64,000 nt of DNA. It comes from Acidobacteriota bacterium (GTDB lineage Bacteria > Acidobacteriota > UBA890 > WLXD01). The notes under the pieces are model-generated. The model was given only the letters and a program-made list of their open reading frames with translations, was not told where the DNA came from and searched no databases. The stretch is taken from positions 3,488,001 to 3,552,000 of the forward strand of contig CBDFKD010000002.1 in the NCBI GenBank assembly GCA_965248695.1. Direction: 5' to 3'. Each line of letters opens with the position of its first letter. Position 1 is the stretch's first letter. Below are positions 29,563-40,107 of this stretch, piece by piece. The position numbers and the translations under genes were made by a program.

Positions 29563-31226
29563 CCGAAGAAGCCAGGACCAAGCTAAAGCTCCGCTACGCC
29601 ATCAACGACGACGCGTTCGAGGTGGTGGTTGCCCACAGTGGCGCAGAGATCGGTCGCGCGGCCGAGTGTCGGATCGTGATCGAGGACTCCGAGGTTTCGC
29701 GGCATCACGCGCGACTGTCCTACGACGACGCCCGATGGACGATCACCGACCTGGGATCCACCAACGGTACGGCGGTAAACGGTGAGGAGTTGAGTCAGCC
29801 GCAACAGCTGTCCGACGGCGACATCGTGACCATTCACAGCTACGAGCTCACGGCCAGCATCGAGGAGGATGCCGGCGGCGGCATTGTGTTCGACGAACGC
29901 GACCCCGACGAGTCCGTCGGCACGTTCATCGCCTCGGCCGACGTTCTGCAGCTGCTCGAGATGGGAGCGTCGGAGGCGGTCAGCGCCGCCGAGGTCACCA
30001 AGGCGGCCGACGCGACGGCAGCAGAGCCGACATCGTCACCCGGAGGACTCAGCGTCAGCTCCCGATCGACGCTCGGCGCCAACCACGTGTTGGAGCTGTG
30101 CAGCAGCGCTGCCGAGGCACTGCTCGGCGCGGTCGGTGTCGAAGGAGTCCTGGAAGAGATCATGCGGTTGGCGTTCGAAAACGTACCGGCCCAGCGCGGC
30201 GCGATCTCGCTGTGCGAGGAGGAAGGCGCCGAGCTGCGACCGGTGGTCGTGCATGGTCTGTCGGACAACGACGAGCTGCGCATCAGCCGCAAGATCGCCA
30301 CCGGCGCGGTGGAGGAGCACAAGGCGTTCCTGATCCGAGAGGTGGAGTCCGATGAGCGCTTCACCGCCAGCGACACGATTGCCCGGATGGACATCCGCTC
30401 GGCAGTGTGCGTGCCGATGGAACACGACGGCCAAGTGCAGGGATTGATCTACCTCGACACGCGCGACAACGCCTCTCGCTTCGGCGAGCGCGACCTGCGC
30501 CTGGTGACGGTGCTCGGAATGCTGGGCGCTATCGGCATCCGCCAAACGCGCTACCGGGAGGAGATCGCGCATCAGCTGCAGATCCGCTCCCGACTGGAGC
30601 GCTACAGCTCCCCGTCGGTCATCGAACGGCTGCAATCAGTTGGTGAGTACGGTGAGATGCTGGCCGAGGAACGCGAGATCAGCGTGCTGTTCACCGACCT
30701 GTGCGGCTTCACGGCGTTGTCCGAGAGGATGGCCCCCGCCGATACGGCGCGGCTGCTCAACTCGATCTTCGAGCAGCTGACCCAGGTGGTCTTCACTCAT
30801 GAGGGCACTCTCGACAAGTTCATGGGTGACGGCATGATGGCGTTCTTTGGAGCGCCTTTCGATCAGCCGGACCATGCTGAACGGGCGGTCGCAGCAGCAT
30901 GGGGGATGTCGGAGGCGCTCAACGCTATCAACTCGGAGCTCACCGAGGACCACCGCATCAACATGCGCATCGGAGTCAACACCGGTCCGGCGATCGTCGG
31001 TGACATCGGCTCACAGAGGCGGCGCGACTACACCGTGGTGGGCGATACGGTGAACGTCGCAAGCCGACTCGAAAGCACCGTCGCCACCCCGGGACAGATC
31101 GCCATCAGCCACCACACTCACGAGCTGGTGGAGAAGCTCTTCCGCTGTGAGGCCCTCCCCAAGATGAAGGTCAACGGGCGTCAGAAGGAGGTCACGCCCT
31201 TCCTGGTGCTCGGCCCGGCGGAGTAA
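29559..31226 (+). CDS. FHA-GAF class III adenylate/guanylate cyclase
   Basis: FHA IGR..SRHHA..DLGSTNGT; GAF IRSAVCVP..GLIYLD; cyclase VLFTDLCGFT, DKFMGDG, DYTVVGDTVNVASRLE; GTG start overlaps the upstream TGA. Confidence 0.93.
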   Translation: MTEEARTKLKLRYAINDDAFEVVVAHSGAEIGRAAECRIVIEDSEVSRHHARLSYDDARWTITDLGSTNGTAVNGEELSQPQQLSDGDIVTIHSYELTASIEEDAGGGIVFDERDPDESVGTFIASADVLQLLEMGASEAVSAAEVTKAADATAAEPTSSPGGLSVSSRSTLGANHVLELCSSAAEALLGAVGVEGVLEEIMRLAFENVPAQRGAISLCEEEGAELRPVVVHGLSDNDELRISRKIATGAVEEHKAFLIREVESDERFTASDTIARMDIRSAVCVPMEHDGQVQGLIYLDTRDNASRFGERDLRLVTVLGMLGAIGIRQTRYREEIAHQLQIRSRLERYSSPSVIERLQSVGEYGEMLAEEREISVLFTDLCGFTALSERMAPADTARLLNSIFEQLTQVVFTHEGTLDKFMGDGMMAFFGAPFDQPDHAERAVAAAWGMSEALNAINSELTEDHRINMRIGVNTGPAIVGDIGSQRRRDYTVVGDTVNVASRLESTVATPGQIAISHHTHELVEKLFRCEALPKMKVNGRQKEVTPFLVLGPAE

Positions 31227-31253
31227 GCCGGCACCGCTTGCGACCCCGGCAGG

Positions 31254-32226
31254 CTAGTCGGTCGCGCCCTCCACCGCCTGCAATAGCAGCTCGACGTTGC
31301 GTCGTCCCTCTCGGCCGTCGACCTCAGGTGGTCGACCATCTCGGACCGCGGATACGAAGTCCTCGATCTCGCCGACGTACGGATCCGCTACGGTGTAGTC
31401 AATATCACCGTCCGGCCCGTGCACCTCGCCGCCGCCATGCGGACCCAGCGTGCCGGTGCAAACGATGCTGCCGCGACTACCGTGGATCTCCAGCGCCGAC
31501 GGCGCGTCGAACTGCACCGAGGAACAGATCTCGGCCGTGGCGCCGGACTCGAAGCGCAGCGCCAGCAACGCGGTCTCGTCGTGTGTCGCGCCCCACACGC
31601 CGCGGCTGATGGTGCTGCTCAGATCCACCACCTCGCCGCTGCTCGGCAGCAGCGTCCAGCGCACGAGATCCAGACAATGAGTGCCCACCGCCCCCAGGCT
31701 CCACCAGCGACCCACCTCTGGATGCGCCCGCCAGTTGGTAAGCATCGCTTGCACGATAGCTCCAGCGAACGCGTACATGGCGCAGATCCCCGAGCTCGCC
31801 GGCATGCGCCGCGGCCACCGCCTTGCGGTGGCCGTTGTGCCAGCGCAGGTGATACGCCACCCCGAGCGTCACGCCGGCCGCCGCCGCGGCATCGATCATG
31901 CGCGTCGCGTCGTCACGCTCGGTACACATCGGCTTCTCGACCAGCACGTGCTTGCCAGCCTCTGCGGCAGCCACCGCCGCGTCGGCATGAAGCCGATCGG
32001 GGGTGGCAATCAGCACCGCATGGAGCTGGTCATCGGCAAGCAATGCGCCAAGTTCGTCGTGGCCGGGATTCGTTGCTGCGGCGCCGTGGCGAGCGGCGAA
32101 GTCGACCGCACGATCGCGATCGCGGCTCAGCACGCTCCACAGCCGCGTTCCCTCAGTTGCCGCCAGAGCCGGCGCCAGGCTACGACCGGCGATCTTACCG
32201 GTACCGAGAATAGCGAAGTTGAGCAC
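31254..32226 (-). CDS. Gfo/Idh/MocA oxidoreductase, frameshifted near 31740
   Basis: ILGTGKIA, IATPDRLH, HVLVEKP, then GTHCLD in the other frame; removing one base at 31740-31741 gives SYRASDATNWRAHPEVG. Confidence 0.85.
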
Positions 32227-32412
32227 GGATACGCTCCCGAGTGTGTCCGGATTAAACGTAGCCTACCGCGGCAGCTCGCTGGCATGACCGCGCTACCGCT
32301 ACGCGCCGCACGCTGTCGACCAATTCGCACGTCGACTCTGCTCTGTTACAAAGGAGCCCCGTCGTGCGACGATGTGAATATTCGTTCTCATGACTTGCCG
32401 GAGACATCTGTG

Positions 32413-33685
32413 ATGCGCATGGAGAAGAACGCCCGCCCAATGGTCATCGTTGCCATAGGCCTCCTGTCGCTTCCGGGGACGCGGGCCGCCGTGCAGGCGC
32501 AAGGCGCCGAGTACGTCGAGCTGTTCAGCCCGGCGGCGGCCTCCCGCCAAGCGGCGCCGGCCGACATCCTGGGCGTGGCGATGCCCGGATCCGTCGAGCG
32601 CATCGAGATCGATCTGGCCGCGCTGCGATCGCCCGCAGACACGTTCCTCCGGATGCGGATGACTTTCGGGCAGGGCGCACACAGCCTGAATGTTGTGCGT
32701 GACGAGATGGAATGGACCGACGACCGCACGCTGTCATGGTTCGGCAGCGTCGAGGAGGGCGGCGGCTCGGTGTTGTTCTCGGTGCACCGGCGAGCAGTGT
32801 ACGGAAGCATCGAGACCGGCGCCGGCGCCTACAGGATCGAGCCCGCGGCTGGCGGCGGATACTGGCTCTACCAGCTCGATTTATCCAAAGAAGCGCAGAT
32901 TGACGACGGCGGGGTCGAGCCGCCGGTCCCCTATGAGGTCCGCACGGTCGACGCCTCGCTCAGTGAGCGATCGGCGAAGACAACGCTCACCGTGCTGGTC
33001 ATCTACACCAACGGCTTCAAGAAGACGTATCCCGGCGCCCACCTGAACGCGCAGGTCAATCAGCTGATCCAGTGGGCCAATCAGGCGTTGAGCAACAGCA
33101 AGGTGCCGATGAAGCTCAAGGTCGTCGCCAAAAAAAAGCGCAAATACACGGACGGGGGTGAGCTGACGCCAGTGCTGAATGACTTCAGAAACGGAGTCGG
33201 TACCTTCAAGAAGGTAGCGGGTTGGCGACGTCAGTTTGGCGCCGATCTCGTCGTGCTACTCCGCGTCTTCAAGGAAGACAACGTCAATTGCGGTCGCGGA
33301 GTCCGAATGGGCGAGCTCAGCGTCGATTTCGCGCCGCACGCCTACTCGGTGACGCAAGTGGGTCGCCTCCCGAGCCGGTTCTTCTGTCACGATCGGACCA
33401 TGGTCCACGAGTTCGGCCACAATTGGGGGAGCAACCACAACGAAGGTGACGACGCTGTTTCCGTACTCCCTCGGTCACCGGTTCGGCGCCGCGAGAGGCT
33501 CCAGACTCGGCGGCTTCAAGACCGTGATGTCCTATTCGTCGGAAGCCGGAGAGGACTCAATTCAGTATTTCTCCAATCCCAAGGTGCAGTTCGCAGGGTT
33601 GAAGACCGGCACGAAAAGCCTCGACAACGCCAAGTCCTTGAAGCAGGTCAAGGCCACCGCGGCGGCTTGGAGCGACAACCTCTAA
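32413..33685 (+). CDS. Exported zinc metalloprotease (M12/reprolysin or AspN-like), frameshifted near 33450
   Basis: Signal peptide, prodomain, GADLVVL, HEFGHNWGSNH; Met-turn FKTVMSY and YFSNP lie in ORF 33446-33685. Confidence 0.82.
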
Positions 33686-33714
33686 GCGCCAGCTCCCGAA
33701 CCCACGTCTAAGCG

Positions 33715-35135
33715 CTAGCTCCCGGGCCCCACGTCCCACTTCTGCGCGCTGGAGATGTCCGGCATTCCCCACTCGGCGCCATTCCAGCCGCTGAAGCCCT
33801 GCATGCGGAAGGCCCAGAAGCCGGTGGTGGAGTCGGACACCACGATGAGGCCGTCGGCGTTACGCACGTCGACGCCGAAGGCGCCGTTGAATATCGGCGG
33901 AAAATCGGTTTGAGCGGGCCCAGATAGGTGTCGTACCAGGCGACGGTGGCGGGGTTGTGGGGATCCGCCAGGGTAAAGATCTGCAGCCCGTCGACGTAGC
34001 CGGAAACGAACACGTAGGGCCAGCGCACCTCGTGGTTGTGCACCAGGTGGCGCCAGTCGGCGGTCCAGGCGGAGATCGGCTGACGGATGACGCTGGTCTC
34101 GCCGTCGAGCGCCGGCTTGAGGTCGAAGATGCGCAGGGGCGCGTACTGATACTCGGTCTCCCCCACCACGTAGCGACCATCCGGTGAGGGGGTAAAGGTG
34201 TGCCCCCACTCGACGCCCTCGACGCCCACGAGCGAGATCTGCAGGGTCGGGTTCTCCAGATCGGTGACGTCGTAGATGTAGTAGCCGCCGGTGCCGCCGC
34301 CGTAGAAGCGATCCTGCTGAGTGTCGGAGTGATAGCCGACATACAGATCGTGGTACCCGCGCATGGGGCTTTCGCCCTCGGAGCCCACCGGCACCTGAGC
34401 GACGAGCGCATCCTGGCCGTCGTCGCCGCCGACTCCGTCGACCAGATAGCCGAGGTCGTAGACGTGCGCGTACGGACCGCGGACGGTAGCAAACAGCAGC
34501 ACGCGGCCGTTGGTGTGCTTGTACACGAAGATATTGTGGAAGCCGCCCGGATGGTCGGGAGCCCGTATGCGGCCCGCCTCGCGCACCGAAGCGGCGTCCG
34601 GCAGGTCGGTGACGTCGAGGACCACCGCGCCCAGGTCGGCGTTGGGGCCGCCCTGCCCGAATTGCAGCGACTGCACCACGTAGTAGCGATCGTTCCACTT
34701 GAAGTGCTTCACGTCCATGCCGCCCGGCCCGACGTGCAGATCCTGGTCCTCGATGCGCCAGCGGTACAGAACCGACGCATTGTCCGGCTCGCTGAGGTCG
34801 ATGATGTCGGTGCCGCGCTCGCCGTCGAAGATCGCTACCCGACCTACGTAGGCGTACGGACGGTCGATCTCCTGCTCGATGTCGATGTCGGCGACCGTGA
34901 GACGCCCGCCCAACGGCAGATGGGCGACAACCTCGAGGTTGTCGCTGCCCCGATCCTCGGGCGTCCACTGCGGCGTGCCCTCGATGCGCGATTGCTGGAG
35001 AGCAGCCGGCAGCGCGTGGGCTACCGCGGCAACCTGACCAACGAGGCCTGGCAGCGCGGCGAGGACTGCCGGCACGGTCATGGCCACGAGCAACAACACG
35101 ACAGCTCGTTGGTGGGGGTAGGTTCGGTGTCGCAT
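33715..35135 (-). CDS. LVIVD-repeat beta-propeller protein, exported, frameshifted near 33910
   Basis: Repeated GxxIxDxxDPxxP units, GFHNIF, GYHD, GHTFTP, VHNHEV; adding one A to the AAA run (33909-33911) gives GPLKTDFPPIFNGAFGVDV. Confidence 0.82.
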
Positions 35136-35269
35136 GCGTCGCTCTCCAGAATCCGGGCATCCAGAGCCAGCGACCGGGTGGCGCCGGCGCAGCCCGACGA
35201 TACCAGCTCGCGGGTGCCCGTTGCCGGCGCACGGTTGCCTTCCTGCCCACGCGTGAAAGAATCGATCCC

Positions 35270-35659
35270 ATGCGATATCTGGTTCGCGCCCGCCTCAAGA
35301 ACGGCCGTGCGCGAGCACTGCTCGGCGCGATTCACGCCCGCACCCTCGGACGGGGCTCGGTAGCCGGCGGCGAGTACCTGCGCAACATGGCCGACGCACG
35401 CCAGCTCGATGACGGCACCGTGCGCTGGGTGGAGGTTTGCTACTGCCCAACGCCGCTCGAAGAGGAGATTCCTTACTGGGAGGAGTACTTCGAGCTCGAG
35501 CAGATCAAGGATGCGCACAGCCGTGAGAAGTGTCGCGACACGAACGACACTGAGGCTTGGGCCTGCAGCAGTTGCGATTGTACCGAGCGACTCGAGGAGC
35601 GGCTCGCCAGCCTGGGAGACAGCTTCCGCGACGAGCTCAACGCCCGTGAGAAGGAGTAG
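35270..35659 (+). CDS. Cys-rich hypothetical protein
   Basis: 129 aa with typical codon usage; EVCYCPTPLEEE, KCRD, WACSSCDC. Confidence 0.75.
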   Translation: MRYLVRARLKNGRARALLGAIHARTLGRGSVAGGEYLRNMADARQLDDGTVRWVEVCYCPTPLEEEIPYWEEYFELEQIKDAHSREKCRDTNDTEAWACSSCDCTERLEERLASLGDSFRDELNAREKE

Positions 35660-35663
35660 CCCG

Positions 35664-36843
35664 ATGTCCACAGCCCACCCTCGCGCGCTCACTTCCCGGC
35701 CACCCGTGTGGCGACGGGCCTTGGCCACCATCACGATCGTCGTTGCTGTCGGCTGCGCTCCCGCTCCGAGCGGCCAGGAGATACCCGGCAGCCCGTCGGG
35801 TGCACAAGACGCAGCGCCTTGGACGACCGAGCTCGCTGCTGTCGACACTTCCGATGGCATCCGCGTTCTGCTGCTCCACGACATGGAAGGGCTGGCGGGG
35901 CAGGACGACTGGCACAGCTTCGTCTTCGGCGATCCGCAGTATCCGAGCGGCCAGGAGATGCTCGCCGCCGACGTCAACGCGGTCATCGACGGCCTGTTCG
36001 CCGGTGGCGCCACCGAGGTGCACGTCGTCGATGGGCACGGCTCCGGCAACCCGGACCCCGACGTCCGCGCCGACCTGCTAGATCCACGCGCCTCGCAGGT
36101 GCTCCGCGATGCGCCGTTCGACACCTACTTCGACGTTCCCGAGACCTCCAGCTACGACGCGGTGGCGGTGGTCGGCATGCACGCCAAGACCGGCAGCGGC
36201 GGCTTCGCCTCGCACACCTTCACGCTCGGCATGGACATCATCATCAATGGAGCATCGATCACCGAGACAGAGCTGGTGGCGCTGTCGTGGGGTCGCTTTG
36301 GCGTGCCGGTGATCTTCGGATCCGGCGATGATCGGCTGGCGGCGGATCTCGAGACCATGCCGTGGATCGAGTTCGTCACCGTCAAGACCGCCACCAGCGC
36401 CTCGTCGGTACAGTTGCGACCCGTTGACCAGGCGCATGCCGACATGACGGCTGCGGCCCGGCGTGCGGTAGAGAACCTCAGTACCGCTCGCGTGATGCGC
36501 GTGAGCGCGCCGGTACAAGCCACGCTGAGGGCCGTACCGCCAGCCAGTCTGGAGATCCTCGAGGGTGTCCCTGGCATCGACTACGCCGACAACACGGTAG
36601 AGCTTCGAGGCCGACGGCCTGCGATCAGCCTACGACGGGCTCGGAGCGCTGATCACCGTGGCCCGCAACACGTACTCCAGAATCTGGCTCGAGCAGCTGC
36701 GCGAGCGTGACCTGATGGACGAACTGCGTCCGGCGTACGGCGAGGCACTGTCGATGCGCTGGCTCGACTTCGAGTCCGGTCGCTGGAGTCCGCCCGAGCC
36801 TGGCGAGAGGCGCGCCCGCCCCGCGTACCACGGCTACAGCTAG
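35664..36843 (+). CDS. M55 D-aminopeptidase (DppA-like) lipoprotein, frameshifted near 36599
   Basis: Lipobox AVGC; HDMEG, VDGHGSG, GMHAK, ASHT, ITETE, GSGDD; removing one base at 36599-36600 gives DNTVSFEADGLRSAY...ARNTYSRIW. Confidence 0.85.
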
Positions 36844-37007
36844 TGACCTGGGGCTGAGGATACCGGCGCCGGCCGCTGGCGAAGCGCCGCCGACGAGCCG
36901 CACGAATGGCCCGGTCGTCTCCGCTTCGGACCGCTCGCCGGCAGTGACGAAATGGCGCCGGGCGCGGAGACTAGAATGAAGCCTCCCAGTTATCCGGAGT
37001 CAGCCCG

Positions 37008-38216
37008 TTGACCAGCGACCAGCTCGCCAGCTTGAAGATCGAGCGCCGCAACGAACGGCGCGGCCCGGCACTGCCCTGGGTGCTGCTGGCGGTCGTGTTG
37101 CTGGGCGCCGGAGCGGTCGCCGCCTGGGCGTGGGCGTCGCGCGACACGACCCCGGAGGTACGCACAGCGAGCGTGCGCGAGGTTCAGGTGGAAGAAGGAA
37201 CGACGGTGCTCAACGCTTCCGGCTACGTAACCGCACGTCGTCAGGCAACGGTGTCGTCGAAGGTAACCGGACGAGTAACGGAGGTGTTCATCGAGGAAGG
37301 CATGCGGGTAAGCGCCGGCCAGGTTCTCGCCCGCCTCGATGACTCGAATGCCACCGTCAACCTCAGGCTCGCCGAGGCACAAGTGGGGGCGGCGTCGACC
37401 TCTCTGACGGAGACACGCGTTCGCCAGCGCGAGGCCGCGGTCGAGCTCGAGCGCATGCTGCGCCTCCATGAACGCGCCATCATCAGTCAGTCGGAGCTCG
37501 ATCGGGCGCAGGCCGAGGCCGACTCGCTGACAGCGCGAATCGAGCAGCAGCGCGAGGAGGTCAAGGTGGCCGAAAGCCGCGTGGCACTGTGGCAACAGGA
37601 GATAGCGGATCGCGAGATTCGTGCCCCGTTCAGCGGTGTAGTGGTAACCAAGAATGCCCAGCCGGGCGAGATGATCTCACCGATGTCGGCCGGCGGCAGC
37701 TTCACGCGCACCGGCATCGGTACCATCGTCGACATGACCTCGCTGGAAATCGAGGTCGACGTCAACGAGAGCTACATCAATCGGGTGCGCGCGGAACAGC
37801 CGGTGGAAGCCGTGCTGGATGCCTACTCGGACTGGAAGATCCCGGCGCGGGTAATTGCCATAATCCCCACCGCCGATCGCCAGCGCGCCACCGTGAAAGT
37901 GCGCATCGGCTTCGAACAGCTCGATCCCCGGGTTCTTCCCGACATGGGCGTCAAGGTGGCGTTCCGCGACGCCGAGCAATTCGGAGAGACCCGCACCGCG
38001 CTGGCCATACCCCGCGCGGCTGTGCGAGATGACGAGGGTCAGGAGATCGTCTTCGTGCTCAGCGGAGATACGTTGGAGCGGCGCGCCGTGAACCTGGGCG
38101 ACGTCCGCGGCGACCAGGCTTTCGTTCTCAACGGGCTGGTCGCCGGAGAGCGGGTCGTCGTCGCCGGACCCGACGAGCTGACCAACGGAACAACCGTTCG
38201 CGAGGTGGCGGGATGA
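37008..38216 (+). CDS. Efflux periplasmic adaptor (MacA/HlyD-like)
   Basis: N-terminal TM; LNASGYV, SSKVTGRV, IRAPFSGVV, VDVNES, LPDMGVKV. Confidence 0.93.
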   Translation: MTSDQLASLKIERRNERRGPALPWVLLAVVLLGAGAVAAWAWASRDTTPEVRTASVREVQVEEGTTVLNASGYVTARRQATVSSKVTGRVTEVFIEEGMRVSAGQVLARLDDSNATVNLRLAEAQVGAASTSLTETRVRQREAAVELERMLRLHERAIISQSELDRAQAEADSLTARIEQQREEVKVAESRVALWQQEIADREIRAPFSGVVVTKNAQPGEMISPMSAGGSFTRTGIGTIVDMTSLEIEVDVNESYINRVRAEQPVEAVLDAYSDWKIPARVIAIIPTADRQRATVKVRIGFEQLDPRVLPDMGVKVAFRDAEQFGETRTALAIPRAAVRDDEGQEIVFVLSGDTLERRAVNLGDVRGDQAFVLNGLVAGERVVVAGPDELTNGTTVREVAG

Positions 38217-38252
38217 CACCGCTACGACACCGGATGTGGACAAGGAGCCTGA

Positions 38253-38951
38253 ATGAGTGAAGCGAACGGCAACCTCGTCGACGTGAACGGCGTGGAGAAG
38301 GGGTTCAAGCGAGGAGCCGAACGCATCGCCGTGCTCCATGACACCGACCTGCAGGTACCTTCGGGCGAGTTCCTGGCACTGATGGGCCCGTCCGGATCGG
38401 GCAAGAGCACCCTACTGAATCTGATCGGTGGCCTCGACCGCCCCGATTCCGGCACGGTCGAGGTCGGCGGCGAACGGGTAGACCGCCTTTCCAACCGCCG
38501 TCTGGCGAGCTGGCGATCGCGCCACGTCGGCTTTGTGTTCCAGTTCTACAACCTCATGCCGGTGCTCAGCGCGGCACGCAATGTCGAGCTGCCGCTGCTG
38601 CTTCAGCCGCTGTCACGGCGCGAGCGTCGCCAGCAGGTGGAAACAGCGCTGTCGATCGTCGGCCTTAACGACCGCAGCGGGCACTATCCGCGGCAGCTCT
38701 CTGGCGGCGAGCAGCAGCGCGTCGGCATCGCGCGGGCGATCGCCACGGACCCGACCCTGCTGCTGTGCGACGAGCCCACCGGCGACCTCGACCGCAAGTC
38801 GGGCGATGAGATTCTCGAGTTACTGCGGGCATTGAGCAAGGAGCACGGCAAGACGGTGATCATGGTGACCCATGATCCGCATGCGGCCACGCTCGCCGAT
38901 CGCACCCTGTACGTGTGGGACGGACGGTTACAGACGGAGAAACCAGAATGA
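38253..38951 (+). CDS. ABC transporter ATP-binding protein (LolD/MacB-type)
   Basis: [32 protein letters not shown]. Confidence 0.96.
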   Translation: MSEANGNLVDVNGVEKGFKRGAERIAVLHDTDLQVPSGEFLALMGPSGSGKSTLLNLIGGLDRPDSGTVEVGGERVDRLSNRRLASWRSRHVGFVFQFYNLMPVLSAARNVELPLLLQPLSRRERRQQVETALSIVGLNDRSGHYPRQLSGGEQQRVGIARAIATDPTLLLCDEPTGDLDRKSGDEILELLRALSKEHGKTVIMVTHDPHAATLADRTLYVWDGRLQTEKPE

Positions 38952-40105
38952 AGTACCTGCACTTGATCTTCAGCAATCTCAAGCGCAAGAAGACGCGTAC
39001 GTTCCTCACCGCTGCCTCGATCCTCATCGCATTCGTGCTGTTCGGCTACCTGGCGGCGGTACGCAACGCGCTGGAACGAGGAGTCAGCCTGGCCGGATCG
39101 GATCGACTTGTCGTGCGCCACAAGGTTTCCCTCATCCAGCTGTTGCCGGAAGCCTACGAGATGCGCATGGAGCGCATCGAGGGAGTGGTCGACGCCACCC
39201 ACATCACCTGGTTCGGCGGCGTGTATCAGGAACCGACTAATTTCTTTGCGCAGTTTCCGGTTAGGCCCGACGAGTATCTCGCCATGTACCCGGAGTTCCT
39301 GCTGCCGGAAGAACAGGTCGAAGCCTGGCGCCGCACGCGTACTGGCGCCGTTGTCGGACGAACGATCGCGGAGCGATTCGGTTGGGAGATCGGCGATCGA
39401 GTCCCGCTGCAAGCAACGATCTGGTCCAAGCGTGACGGCACCCGGACGTGGGATTTCGACATCGTCGGTATCTACGACGGAGCGGATCCGAGCACCGACA
39501 CGACCCAGTTCCTTTTCCGCTACGACTATTTCGACGAGGCGCGCATCGAGGCCGGTAGAGGTCAAGTCGGGTGGTTCACGGTACGCGTCGGCGACCCGGA
39601 TCGCTCCGCCGAGCTGGCACAGGCAATCGACGCCGAGTTCGCCAATTCCGCCGCCGAAGTCCAGGCGCAGACCGAGCTCGCGTTCCTGCAGGGCTTCGCC
39701 AAGCAGATCGGCAACATCAGCACCATTCTGATGGCGGTGCTCAGCGCGGTGTTCTTCACCATCTTGCTAGTGGCCGGCAACACCATGGGCCAGGTGGTGC
39801 GCGAGCGCGTATCCGAGATCGGCGTCCTCAAGGCGCTCGGGTTCACTCACCGGCAGGTACTCGGCATGGTGCTTGGAGAATCGTGCCTGCTGTCGGTGAT
39901 CGGAGGCGGCGCAGGACTGGCGCTGGCACTCTTCCTGATCTCCTTCGGAGATCCCACGGGAGGGGCCCTGCCGATATTCGTCTTCCCGACGCCCGCACTG
40001 GCGCTCGGTCTGATGTTGACCCTGGCGCTCGGCGTGGCCGCAGGCCTGCTGCCTGCCTGGCAGGCATTGCGATTGCAGGCCGTCGACGCGCTGCGGAGAA
40101 AATAG
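38948..40105 (+). CDS. ABC transporter permease (MacB/FtsX-type)
   Basis: One TM, large periplasmic loop, three TM; VRERVSEIGVLKALGF. Confidence 0.93.
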   Translation: MKYLHLIFSNLKRKKTRTFLTAASILIAFVLFGYLAAVRNALERGVSLAGSDRLVVRHKVSLIQLLPEAYEMRMERIEGVVDATHITWFGGVYQEPTNFFAQFPVRPDEYLAMYPEFLLPEEQVEAWRRTRTGAVVGRTIAERFGWEIGDRVPLQATIWSKRDGTRTWDFDIVGIYDGADPSTDTTQFLFRYDYFDEARIEAGRGQVGWFTVRVGDPDRSAELAQAIDAEFANSAAEVQAQTELAFLQGFAKQIGNISTILMAVLSAVFFTILLVAGNTMGQVVRERVSEIGVLKALGFTHRQVLGMVLGESCLLSVIGGGAGLALALFLISFGDPTGGALPIFVFPTPALALGLMLTLALGVAAGLLPAWQALRLQAVDALRRK

Positions 40106-40107
40106 CG

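Noticed and set aside
31681-32412. Long N-terminal extension of the 676-aa ORF
   Set aside because: Overlaps the oxidoreductase on the opposite strand; the signal peptide begins at 32413-32419
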